Below are positions 37,761 through 50,114 of a stretch of 64,000 nucleotides of DNA, piece by piece. The stretch's first letter is position 1. Each line of letters begins with the position of its first letter. Position numbers and translations under genes: made by a program. This stretch comes from Eledone cirrhosa (Eukaryota), in the NCBI GenBank assembly GCA_964016885.1, contig OZ024743.1, positions 2,728,001-2,792,000 of the forward strand, in the 5' to 3' direction. The notes beneath the pieces are model-generated. The model saw only the letters and a program-made list of their open reading frames with translations, ran no database searches and had not been told where the DNA came from.

Positions 37761-38517
37761 CTACTCTAAAAACTGGGATACACATGGCAAGGGATCTTAC
37801 AGGACTCTTCAGTTTGGATGATCATGTGACTCTAGTGTTGGTGCCATGATAAAACACACCCTGTCCTCTCTATAAAGTAGTAGAACTGGTGCTACTAAGG
37901 TAGTAGTGCTGATGCTACAAAAAATGCACTCTGTAAGGCAGTTGGTGTTAGGAAGAGCATGCAACCATAGAAACCATGCCAAATATGGTATGTGTGAGCA
38001 AGAATTGGTCACAAGACAACCCAGGCCAGTATAGAACACAGGCATAGTACAGTGATGATAAAACCTATATAAGTGTTAATATATATGAAATGTGAAGGCT
38101 GAAGAGAAATAAAGCAAGCATGCTCTGATGGATGTGTTATGTTAATATACATGATTGATCTGAGAGAGTAACTGCATATAAGAGGAATCAGATGTATACA
38201 AAATAGAAGACAACACTGATATGGACATATGTGTATGCATGATGATTGTTAGGTGAAATGACAGGAGTTCCCAGTGGAAGGAAACTACAGTAGAGGAAAA
38301 CCTGGATAGAAGTGGTGAGAGCAGAACTCAAAACACTGAACCTCACAGAGAAGAGGACAGGAACACAAGTGAAAAGATTCATCCAACCCATTCAAGCAGC
38401 AGGGAAAAGGATGATGTGTATAATGTATATAGATATAGAGAGATATATACATATATTGAGATATAGATAAAAATACAAGCAGGGAAAAGCGGACGTAAAA
38501 TGATGATGATGATGATC

Positions 38518-38955
38518 ATCATCATCATCATCATCATCATTTTACGTCCGCTTTTCCCTGCTTGCAAGGGTGGGACGGGAACTGATTGTGGCTTGATTTC
38601 TACAGCTGGATGCCCTTCCTAACACCAACCTCATTTACAGTGAGTGCTGGGTGCTTTTTTTGCCGTGGCACCTCCACGACCACTTTGCAGTGGAATGAAG
38701 CCATGTGCCTCCATGATATATATATATTATAAAAAAACACAGTCCACGCTGTAATGTGGTCGTGTAGGTAACATGGTAAAAAGCTCCCAGTCCACACTGG
38801 GGTCCCTATCATCTCATTTCTACAGCTGAGTAAGCTGGAGCAATATGAAATAAAACATCTTGCTCAAGGAAACAACACACCACCCGGTCTGAGAATTGAA
38901 CTCAGAACCTTTCGATTGCAAGGCCAATGCTCTAACCACTAAGCCATGTGCCTCC
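38518..38955 (-). mobile_element. family A SINE, internally rearranged
   Basis: Split at the internal hairpin by a ~100-bp copy of its own 5' end and flank. Confidence 0.75.
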
Positions 38956-38957
38956 AT

Positions 38958-39017
<60 letters not shown>

Positions 39018-39934
39018 AAAACACAGCCCACGCTGTAATGTGGTCGTGTAGGTAACATGGTAAAAAGCTCCCAGTCCACACTGTAAATGTGGTTGGTGTT
39101 AAGAAGGGCATCCAGCAGTAGAAAACCTGCCAGATAGTCCTATATGAGCGAGGCAGTCACCCAACCAATCTTGCCTCAAATGGGACAATTCCCGTCTAAC
39201 CCATGCTTGCGTGGAAGATAGACGTTAAACAATGATGATGATATATATATATAGGTATTCTAATGATTTTCTGTCCTATGGTTGAACTCTTACTATTTCA
39301 ACAGTAGATGAGTAACTTATGAGGGTTACTCATCCATTTGCTATTGAAATGGTAGGAGCTGTACCAAAGAACAGAAAATCATAATGTATATATGTATAAA
39401 ATGCCTCCTCATATACGTAAAAACAGTTTTTATAGTATAATTTAGTATGTTAAAGTCCAAGTGAGAAAATATAACTTGCCTGACTATTAACTTTCTAGCA
39501 GTGATCTCATCATTTTCACCACTTCTATTACAGTTGTTTACCATTCATAGATGTTCTAATTTCTTTACAGTTATCTACATCTTAGTAAATACAAATATGT
39601 TGGCTCTGATTTCTATTTCCAAATACATTTTGGTACAGAACCTAAGAGGATCCGGTTGCTGTGTTGGACTAGTTTCTCTCTCTCCCTCAATATATATATA
39701 TATATATACACACACACATATGTGTATCCATAACTTTGGAGGGAGTTGTAGGAGTGCCATATTGATATAGGTGTGTTTCTTGGGGATTTTAAAACCTCGT
39801 GGAGCCTAGCTCTCCAGAAATATCAAGAGGAAGAATTGACACCAGTACTTGACTGATGGCTTTTTATCAACCTCAAAAGGATGAAAGGCAAAGTTGACCT
39901 CAGCAGCATTTAAATTTAGAGAACCGATATTAAT

Positions 39935-41030
39935 CTTTGATTCTGTGCTGGATGTTCATGTTAAGAGAGGGGCTGAGCTGTCAACTGATCACCATCTAGT
40001 TATTTGCAACTTGAGACTACCTAAAGCCAAAGAAGCCCTCAAAACTGACAGGTTCAGGGTGACCTACACAATAAAGTGGAAGCATTAGTGGATAAGGAAG
40101 TCAGAACCAGGTATACAGATACTATTGCATCCCAATTCAGAGAACTCCCTAAGCAAACTGAAGACATTGAGACAGAGTGGAGATTGTTCAGCACAGCAGT
40201 TTCTGCTTCAGCTGTTAAATGCTGCAGGCGAAAGAGGCTTGGTGTGGTGCCAGATGGCAGGAGAACCTCTTGGTTCAATGAAGAGGTCAAAGATGCTATC
40301 TAAGCAAAGAAGGAAGCTTACAGAGCTTTGCTTGGAAATAATTTCTCCTTGCACTTGTGGTACAAGCAGGCACAAAGAATCGCAACAGCGGCAGTAAAGG
40401 CGTCTAAAATTAAGACATAGGAGGACTTTGAGGTTAAGCTGGAATCCGACTTCAAATCAGCAAATAAAGTGTTCTGGCAGACCATTGGCCGAATTCGTAA
40501 TAAGTCCCCCTCCACACCTGCTACCAAAAACGTGTCTGAGGTTCTCCTCTCTTCAGAGAGGTGCATCTTCACAAGGTGTCGAGACTACTTTGCTGATCCC
40601 CTAAACCTGATCACAACAGCATTTTCTGATATACCCGAGGTGCATCAGGAAGTGGTGACTAATCTCTCAGAGGCTGAGGTCACAAGAGCTCAAAAGTGGT
40701 TAGGCCACTGAGGAAGATGAAATCTGGTCCAAGATGTTAAAGGCTTTAAATAGAGAAGGTATTCTCTGGCTGTGTTGGGTGACCTGGATCTCTGGAAAGG
40801 CACCTAAGCAATGGCAATCAAGAGTGATAATCCCAATTTTCAAAAATGGAGACAAGAGAGATTGTTTTAATTCCAGAAGAATCTCTTTGTTAAGCCTCCC
40901 CAGTAAAGTCTATTCTAAGTCTCTGGCAAAGAGATGCAGGGAGATTGTTGAGTACAAGCTAGCTGATGAACAGTACAGTTTTCACCCCGGATGCAGCACG
41001 GTCAACCAAATATTCACACTGCAGCAGGTC
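39935..41030 (+). mobile_element. RTE LINE family 1 fragment (endonuclease C-terminus to RT start), collinear
   Basis: VHVKRGAELSTDHHLVICNL, TSWFNEEVKDAI, APKQWQSRVIIPIFKNGD...ISLLSLPSKVYSK...QIFTLQQ. Confidence 0.85.
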
Positions 41031-41044
41031 TGGGTGAAGATCAA

Positions 41045-42100
41045 GGCTTCAATGTAGCCAACGAACAGTCGGTGTAGTTAGGGCCCATTCTCGTACATAT
41101 GGCTACTCCAGAGACCTATTGGTAAAAACCACTGAGAGTGAGAATGAGCTCAGCAAGGCGGAGAAGAGTAGACATGTTAGGGTATGGTGTAGGGTGTAAG
41201 TATGAAAAATGTTGGAGAGCGATGACAGTGTAGTGAGAGTTAACGTCCATGGTAAAGAAAGAGTTAAACAGTCGAAGGGCATGATTAGTGTCGTGGATGT
41301 GAAGAAGTCAGTTACTAGGGGGAGGGTGTCAAGATATTAGAGGCTGAAAAACGTTAGGGTAGCCAGTGTTATTGGGTTTATGTATCTTGGGGAGGAAGTA
41401 GATGCTGGGTTACGAGTGGTGCGTACTATCAGATTAGTAACAGTTGGAGGTAATATATATATATGCATTTTGGTAAAATTGTAGTATTCTCAACGCGACG
41501 GGTAGCTGTAAACAGCTGAATACTATATGTATTGTAAAAATTCGGGTTAAGATATAACCTCATATTGAATGGAGAGCGAGAGAGAAATGAAGAAAGAGAG
41601 TCTAAAGCATGAGAGGAGTATATATAGAGAGAAGAGATAAGCTGGAATGAGGTCGATGGAGCAGAACTTTTGGAGGAATGCGAAAAAGTATAAAAATAAC
41701 GGAGAAAGTAAACAAACAGGAAAAATAGAACTTTAGCGTCATAAATCATCAGCTTCCTTCAAGACATAGTTTCTCGCAAGGCAGGAAGGACTATGTATAT
41801 AAGTTTACCTCGTGTAACAAAACCTAAATTTCTGTTGTTCTGACGCTGGAGTATGTAAACAAGAGAGCGGTGGGGCACATCTATACTAAGCCGTGGTCAA
41901 CAGGAAAAGAGTGTTATTCTGACAGGAACAACAGCAGCAGTAGGCGGCAAGAGAGCGGAAGTATCAGCAGCAACAATGGTAATAAAAAGGGGGAGCCGGT
42001 AACGGGAGAAACAAAAATAGATAGATAGGGTGTGGGAGAAAGAGAGACAGGTAGATAGATAAAGATATAAAGAGTTACCTGCCTCTGGCACCGTATCCGT
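41045..42100 (-). mobile_element. Penelope-like element RT fragment (degraded; 5' boundary approximate)
   Basis: IYFLPKIHKPNN, DTNHALRLFNSF, FTMDVNSHYTVI, TLLRLAELILTL, SGVAICTRMGPNY, LFVGYIE. Confidence 0.75.
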
Positions 42101-42204
42101 TCAATTTAGAAAGCCAACATGGCTCAAATGTAAACATTAATTGAAAAGGTTTGAAGAGATGAATGCATATAAATTTTAGTAAAATTATAGTATTTTTAAC
42201 GTAT

Positions 42205-42400
42205 TCTAACAGCGGTGCTAGATGAAGAAACTGCATACCAATGCGTTGGGCGATTCCAAGCCTTCAGAACTTATGAACAGGATGGTAGCTTGTGTACCCC
42301 CTGGCGAGACACCAATTTTCTGTTTAAGGAGGTATTTCCAGCGTTAATTGTGCCCCCCCCCCCTCCCAGTACCTATGTGACTTGCCAAAATTAGCAGACA
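42205..42400 (+). mobile_element. Ty3/Gypsy gag remnant
   Basis: LGDSKPSELMNRM...FLFKEVF.QR...LAD, a typical Gypsy gag motif, frameshifted. Confidence 0.5.
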
Positions 42401-42471
<71 letters not shown>

Positions 42472-42602
42472 GTGAGGTTTTTTTTACAAAATGAAAAATA
42501 ACCGAGGTGTCCTACACGAGTGAAAGTATAAAGAAAAAGAGATGAAATCGAAAATGCAACTGGAGTCTTATTTTTTTTAAAAATATATATATTTATTTGG
42601 TT

Positions 42603-42640
42603 CCTTTACCGGTTTCGCAGTTCTTCTGCTTTTCAAAAGG
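42603..42640 (-). ncRNA. minimal type I hammerhead ribozyme motif, U3-A8 core variant (Penelope-type)
   Basis: Minus strand reads CCTT-TTGAAAA-GCAG(AAGAA)CTGC-GAAAC-CG-GTA^AAGG: 4-bp stem I, 4-bp stem II, palindromic ACCGGT stem III, followed by AATAAA. Confidence 0.65.
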
Positions 42641-42716
42641 TGAGTTGAGATGGAGGGTCTGTGGTTTTTCTCACATGTGAGAAAAACCACAGACCCTCCA
42701 TCTCAACTCACCTTTT
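42635..42716. repeat. perfect spacer-less 82-bp palindrome
   Basis: AAAAGGTGAGTTGAGATGGAGGGTCTGTGGTTTTTCTCACA|TGTGAGAAAAACCACAGACCCTCCATCTCAACTCACCTTTT. Confidence 0.95.
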
Positions 42717-42796
42717 CCTATTACCCAGTCTACTACCCCAAGTATCGACTACTCTGGTGCGTTATGGTCCACTTGGTTTCTTACCACACATCTTTG

Positions 42797-42845
<49 letters not shown>

Positions 42846-43360
42846 AGAATCGGCTGAGCTCTTGTCGTTTCAACAGCTAGTTCCCGACTGTTTGCCGAAA
42901 GGTTTCGCGGTTTACTGGCTGTATCGTTTGTTCATATAAGGGTATACATTATTCATCCAATTCTAAATTTTCTTCATAGAAGTGTTTAAGAGGAGGTAGA
43001 ATTATAATCATCGAAGATATATGAGGGTGTGTGAGTGAGTATGTCTGGCAGCAAGCATGATTATCGCAACCTTCAGACAACAGAGCTGTGAAATTGGCGT
43101 CACACCCAGCAGTAGGTTGCCCTAATCAAAGAATCGTCCAATTCCCCGATTGGCAAATTAAATATATCTATCAACAAAGGGGCGACTTATTTGTTACTTA
43201 TCTGAAAATATCAAGGAACTGTTATCGTAATTTCTAGATGATTTATTTGTTCGATTTTTTTTTACTGATAAGTAAGCTAGCTCTTAATTTACCTTAAATT
43301 ACGATTAGAAGTATTCATTTGATTATAAAACATCCACATTTCATATTAAATGCGTGTGTG

Positions 43361-43627
43361 CAGGGTAAGATTTAATGGGGAGCCGTTGTCCCGGGCCTCC
43401 ACCAGCGACGGCCGCAGCAATTTATTTGTGCCTTCAGCTGGATATTTTAGTTTTAAGATAGTAAGAATTTTTTAATTTAATACCTTTCAATTCCAATTAC
43501 TTGCGCCAAGCTAACTTTGATATGTAAAATTGGATGCGTGGTGCTGTGTATTCTATTTTTTTGTGTGTGAGGCGCACCCCCAAACCCGAAGTGTCCCGGG
43601 CACCCCAAATGTCTAAATCCAACCCTG
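43361..43627. mobile_element. hAT-type MITE
   Basis: TIRs CAGGGTAAGATTTA / TAAATCCAACCCTG; 8-bp TSD CGTGTGTG / CGTGGGTG (7 of 8 match). Confidence 0.7.
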
Positions 43628-44479
43628 CGTGGGTGGGGAAGTTATGGCATTTGATATATTAGTATATCTGCTAGTGTTTGTAAAATAGACTTTTTTGTAT
43701 CTGTTACTGTTTGTTGTGCTAAGCACTTAAAATACTTCAAATTACAGGCGGATTGATGCGTTTTTATTTTATTTTGATATTGTAAATCTCGATTAGTTCT
43801 AATACTACAGGGCCGAAAAGTGTGTGTGTAGGTGGTGTGGGTATGTATATGTGTGTATATAAGTTACTGATTAAGCTTATATGTAGGTTTATTTGTGTCT
43901 GCCAACCTATATGTGTGTGTGAGCAGTTGTTTGTGGGTGGTAGTAATTACATTTTAGGTAAATATAGTGGAATAGGTGGTGTTGGTAATTATTATTTATT
44001 CCGCAATGTAATGGGAATATTTTTGTTTTGGGTACCTATGTGTGCTCCAAGGGGGTCGCGGGGGCTGTCCGCATGCAATTCAATATTGATAGTTCTGTAA
44101 TGTAGTGCCTGGATGAGTGTTGCCGTTTTAATGCCGCTATTGGAAAAATGTTGTGGTAATACCACGTTTGTGGCTTAAGGATTGGATGTGCAGCTTGGGT
44201 AGGTGCACGGTGAGCTGCTTATATAGTGATTGTGTGTACAGTTAATTTTGTTTTGTTGGATAATGGTATGTTAGCGCGTGTGCTTCAATAAGTGCTAGTT
44301 CTGGGTGCTACCAGGGTCTGCTGGTGAAATGTGTGTGTATGTGCTGTGTGGGCCTAGGTTTGTATCTACTGGTATTGGTGCATAATAGTGTGTGCAAATG
44401 TACTATGATGACCTAGGGTGTATGTTGCGGTGTAGATATTTACAATGGGTGTTGGGAAAGTGTCTTACCCTCCTGGATC

Positions 44480-46250
44480 GTGAGAAGGTCTGAAGTTGAG
44501 GCATGTTTTGTAAATCCGGTGTTTGCACGAAGTCACGAGTTCATCCTTTTTATTTAATAGTTGTTTCCTCGGAGCATAAATTGCACGAGCCACGTCTTCT
44601 GTATAAGGTTTGTCCTTGGGCAAGAAACTCCAATTCAATCCGTAGTTAATGTTATTGTCGCGGAGATCCCAAATATGGCTGGAAGGTGTTGTAGCATTTC
44701 ACCGGGCTGGTTTTCTAAAGGCACATTGGTGTTGGTAAAATCTTGTCTTGACATTGCACTTGTACACGAGGTTGCATTTGTTGTTTAATTGACAATGCTT
44801 TTGTCCGTGCAATTACATGGCCTGGGTTCCTCCTCACTGAGATCAAAGTGGGGTCTATTAGAGTTGAATTTGGCAGTGTTTGAGGACGTGATGATTTGTG
44901 CGAAGTTGGGTGTGGTGCTGTAAGAAAGTTTGACCCTGTTTTTGTTACGATGGTGTGGTGGGAAGTTTGATGAAAATCTTCTTAATTGGTGTGGTGACGT
45001 CAGCGTTGCGAGGAGGATTAAGCCACGTTATATTGCGCGAGCAGTGGCTCCACCTGCTAATTGTACGAATGGGCTCTGGGTAGTAGGTAAGTTCTTCCTT
45101 ATAACCGCTTTTTTTTTTAAGAGTCTGGTTGTAGTGCTGCGCATGTTTCTGGAAGATCTTCTCATTAGCAGACAGGCGTAAGATACAAAGGGAGATGTTC
45201 TTTACCAAATTTTTAGTTATATTCCTTGGGTGATTTGAGTGTCGGCAGGTGTAATGTAGGTTTTCATTGTATTTCCGGAAGGGGTAATGCGTTGGTTCTC
45301 AAAGTGTAGGGTGATGTCCAAGAAGTTTGAACAGGTGACCTTAAATCCTAATTCCCGGAAGAACTTGAGATGTTTGCGTACCCGGTTCGTACTATTGAGA
45401 TTATATCCAGTCAGAGTTACGACCCCCCCCCCCCCCCGAGCATAAAACCTTTCTATTAGTTTCTGGAGTATATACAGACTTATCGGGTCTGTAACCTCCG
45501 CCGAATCTGTTGTTCCCATACTAACATAGATGGGCGAATCTGGGGCCCTTTTTATCCAGGTGGAGTTAAAATAAAAACAAGACCGTCTTCCTGGCGTGGA
45601 GAATTATGTCAATTTCCTGATCACTAATAGGTGTGGTATTTCAGTCGCAATCTATTGCGGGTTTCAGGAGTGGTTTAGTTATTGAGGCGTAATAATTCTC
45701 GCTTTTGAACTGGGTGAACTTAGTGTTCGCTTTGTCGGTGATACTTTAGAACCAGGAACGACATCTGGTGTATTATTCCTATTGATGGGCCTCGCTTGCC
45801 GCTTAATTGTGGATAAGATTTTATTTATGATCCTTTTAATTGTCCTTCCTATGTCTGACTTCGTCGAGTTTATGAGTCGGATGATAGGTTTGCGATCGAA
45901 GTCTGGTTTATGGTCTTTGAGAGTGAAATAAGGAACGCGTTGGTCGAGAGATTCAGTTTGATCTAAAATACTGAGGCTGGAGGGGATATTGCGACCCTCC
46001 GCATTTATCTCCTAGATCATACATGGGTTAAACCTTGTGGAGGTTGAGGTAAAACTGTTCTTAATCAGGGAATTGTGACTACCTAGGTTGACAAAGTATA
46101 AATTGCCGGCTTTGTCGGAGTGCACTAGGATATCGTCGGTGCTTCGGTACTCGCGTATCGTATTGCGGAGTTGTTGTTGGAATCGGTTGGTACGGTGTTT
46201 GAGCTTAACTCCTTTGACTATATATATTAGGGTGTTTCATATTGATAGGG
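44480..46250 (-). mobile_element. degraded Penelope-like element (Naiad-like RT plus GIY-YIG region)
   Basis: PYFTLKDHKPDF..KPIIRLINSTKSDIG, MGTTDSAEVTD, NFLDITL, NITWLNPP, KLSYSTTPN, PCNC..C..C, CNLC and LNKKDELVTSCKH. Confidence 0.75.
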
Positions 46251-46994
46251 AAAACTTTATTATGTTGGAATAACCTCCTGTCGATTGCGCCCACATACAA
46301 GCTGCACACACGAAAATATGAGGAGATACAGTTTGGTGTTTTTTAAATCCTATGCCAAAAAAAGGGAAATTTACTTCAACACTTGTTGATTAATGCCAGG
46401 TTACATTTTTTGTCCGTTTCCGTTTATGTGCATGCAGGAAACGTTTCTATCATTTATAGGATCCTAAAATGGAGAAATAATTTTACATCGGAAATTTGTT
46501 TTCATTGTTCGTACAAAGAAGGATTCAGCGTTGATGAGGCGAGTTTTTCGATATTTGTTTTGCTAATAAGTTAACAATAAGGTTCTAATGCAAGTTCCAT
46601 TGCATTGTTAGTTCACTGCTGGTTTTGTTATCGAGTAGTAAATATGCTGCTTTTCGTCAAGATCCATCCGTTGTTATAAAGTTACAAAATAATTTTCTGT
46701 TGATTTTCATAGCCTGAATGGGTCCCAGAAATGTAAAAACCCAAAGACTCATTAAAATAAAACCGATTGATTTTGCTTTACATCTTTCACAGTGAATTAG
46801 AAAATGGAAACCAGAAAGGCCATTTAGCTGCTTGAGAAAAGAGCCTGAGTGGGAGACACCTCAGACTTTACTCCCTTCCAAACAAGTGCTCTTGTGATTT
46901 CTCTTCCATCACGTCGAATTCGGAGAGACAATTTCGGTAGCTGTAAAAAAACACTCTGATGTGGTAGCTAAGAACATTCTAACTTTATATTCAA

Positions 46995-48406
46995 CTAGCA
47001 GAAAAATCACCCTTCGGGTGGTTTTCTGGTAGCATGTGTAGTGTGCATTATATTATACGCAAGTATATATGCATGTAGATTTGATACATCAAATAAAATC
47101 GTAATTGACAATATACACAGAAATTGAACGAAGACTGCGTTACACTGTCTAAACCTCAGGTATCAATTGTATACAGCAGGAGCAGAAGAACTAGCATTGT
47201 AATGTCTTTCGTACCAGAATCTGAAACTCTAAAACATAAACATACACATACCGACCATAATTAAATATGGAATGATACACGATGCCGCCCCCACACACAG
47301 CCCCGGCGGTCAGAATGGAGAAGGCGTTTCCCCGGAGGACGGCAAGGGAGACGCGTTGGAAAAGCCACTCCAACTCGCGGGGCTCACACCTGCGGCTGGC
47401 CAGCTAAGCGCCTATGGTGGTGAGTCGGGATGTAGCCCTATGCCGAGGACACCAGAAGTCTCCACTGCCAGGGGTACGACCGCAAACCTGTCGGAAAGCG
47501 ACCGGTATTTGAGGAGTTTAGCCTCCTCAGCCCGACGTGCAGGAACTGCTTCGCCATGCCGAAGCTCCTCTATACGCTTCGCAGCGTTCCGTGCTACACC
47601 CACACATCTCTCCTCGCTGACCTCGATACTTGTATCCGAGAAGCAGCCGAGGAGATATGCAACGTCAAGTTTGACGACATTGGATGGCAACAGGCCACTT
47701 TACCTGTCAGGTATGGCGGCCTTGGCCTACGGTCCCCGATCTCACTGGCTTTGCCGGCGTACCTTTCGTCGGTAACCTCGTGCCGCGTCCTCGTCAGCAG
47801 GGTTCTTCTAAACACAATAGAACCGTGGGACCGGCTGGGACTTAGCCCAGTAGACGTCCCTCCTCCTTCTCCCCTTGTTGACGTCAAGTCCCCACAAAAC
47901 ACTTGGGATACCATCCAGTGCAGCCTGGCCTCAGACAGGCTCACGCGCCAGCTCGACCAGCACCGCCTTGCTTGTTTTCGTGCGGCCTCCAAACCCCACA
48001 GTGGTGCCTGGCTCCATGCCCTGCCCTCCTTCTCCACTGGCACGCAGCTAGACAACAATAGCCTGCGCATCGGCGTTTCCTTGAGGCTCGGCCTCTGGAT
48101 GATACATTAAAAAAAGACGATATTATATATAAAATACATTAGGAGAAAATTAGTGACGGAAATATGTGAATGTTTATTTAAGCGACCGCTAACCGGAAGT
48201 GTTGACATTTGAAAATTTTAAAGAAGTGAATCTTAAAATAACCAACAAAATTATTTATATTTAATCAAGGATAACGAAATTTAGTAGATAGATTATGTAA
48301 TATTCATTCATTATTTATTCAAAGTAATCCAACTTATTTTACAAACGAGATAAAAAAAATATATTCTGGACGAAGTCCCGCACTCCTTACTTTATTACAG
48401 TTTAGA
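46995..48406 (-). mobile_element. non-autonomous Helitron (family H2) carrying a CRE-like LINE insert
   Basis: CTAG end with hairpin CACCCTTCGGGTG; both arms align to 14731-15292. Confidence 0.7.
47170..48095. mobile_element. CRE-clade RLE non-LTR retrotransposon fragments in divergent orientation
   Basis: Plus strand: NCFAMPKLLYTLR...QATLPVRYGGLG...SGAWLHALP...LRIGVSLRLGL. Minus strand: AEEAKLLKYRSL..FAVVPLAVETSG...WLFQRVSLAVLRGNA. Confidence 0.85.
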
Positions 48407-48418
48407 TTTATATATCTA

Positions 48419-48655
48419 TCTATATACTACTAAAACCCTGTGATTGTGTGTTTGTCTATAATTTAATACAGCCAAAATGGCGCATAATGGGAAAATACCT
48501 TGAAAGGAAGTTGCCCTTGAAATGGAAATACAAATGGAATAAAACAAGTTTCACATAAATCGGAGCACGGGTTCCTGAGACACGGGGCTTTTCCGAGTAC
48601 TTTCATAGAGAGAGAGAAAGATAGAGAGAAAGAGATAGTGGTTGTGAGAGAATAG

Positions 48656-48713
<58 letters not shown>

Positions 48714-48912
48714 AGTGGTGTATGTATATATATATATATATATACATACATATATGTGTGTGTGTGTGTGTGTGTGACCAGTGTATATAGGGCACATATA
48801 TATATATGGGTCTTCCAATTTCATTTTACATTAAATACATGTCTAAGAATATTTTAATTATTTAAAAATTATTTTTAAGTGAACATGACCCAACGGGTCA
48901 CGAGTGGTCTAG
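48419..48912 (+). mobile_element. non-autonomous Helitron (family H3)
   Basis: A|TCTATATACTACTAAAA start, hairpin TGACCCAACGGGTCA, ends CTAG|T; internal (GA)n, (TA)n and (TG)n tracts. Confidence 0.65.
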
Positions 48913-50044
48913 TATATATATATACAGTATATATATATATATACATATATAGTATGTAGGTGTATGCGCATGTATGTGTATGTGCATATGTATATTGGAT
49001 GTATATGGATGCGTATGTGTATATGCATGTATATGTATGTGTATGTATTCATTTGTACGCACACATACAAACGCACATGGATCTACATGCGCATATCTAC
49101 ATGTATATATATGCATACGTGTGTGTTACTATATCTTCGTTTACGCATGCATCCACGCCGGTCAGTACATACTTATGTATGATCCTAAATCCGAAAACAT
49201 TTCTATTAACGTTTTAATTGGTGGATTGGCAAAATCGGTGGAGCGTTGGACAACATACTTTGTGACATAAATACGACTCTTTACGTTCTGAATCCAAATC
49301 CCGCCGAGGTAAGCTTTGCCTTTCGTCCTTACAGGGTCGATAAAATAAAGTACCAGTCACGCACTGGCGTCGATTTAATCGACTTTGCCCCCCCCCCCAA
49401 AAAAAAAAATTGCTGGCCTTGTGCCTATATATAAAACCATTATTATTTTTACTATTATTAATACCTTCAGTATTTTTATGTTTAATAACTTTACCACTAT
49501 TAATACAACTTTACCACTATTAAAACAAAGAAAAGTGAAGAGGTCACAGAATGTGTGACGAAAGAACTTTGACAATATATAAACAACCATCGGGTTGTGG
49601 AACCAACCAACCGGAAATTTATAAATTCCTAAATTTATAAATTTATTATAATAAATTGAAGTGAAAGCAACTTGTGCGTGTGTTTCTTATTGGCAACATG
49701 ACCCTCCCAAAGTATAACACTATTAATATCATTTTCCATATATGGTAGCTGGAAATTATTCGGCTATTCTAAAAAGAATATTAGTATTTTAATTTTTCCA
49801 TAGCAAGAACTTGTTCTCGCTCCATATAATGACGTAAATATCCTTGCATATATTTCACTCATTTCAAGAGAACGTCATAATGCACTACTGTTATGTCTTC
49901 TTGTTGTCTAAAGGCAATATTTGGTGTTAACCTTTTGGAAATATTTACTTCTGCGTCTAAAGTTAGATTTTATTCATTTTCAAATGATCCCGCTTAGGAT
50001 GAAAGCAGGAATTTATTGCTTAAACTTTTAATCTGTACTAATAA

Positions 50045-50111
<67 letters not shown>

Positions 50112-50114
<3 letters not shown>

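Noticed and set aside
44500-44830. Selenocysteine recoding, reported for some Naiad Penelope-like elements
   Set aside because: The conserved Cys positions I could read are TGT or TGC, not TGA, and no SECIS was recognised.
47556-48110. 184-aa GC-rich ORF as a horizontally acquired or host gene
   Set aside because: The motifs (LP.R.GGLG, SGAWL.ALP, LRLGL) identify it as a CRE-clade retrotransposon fragment.
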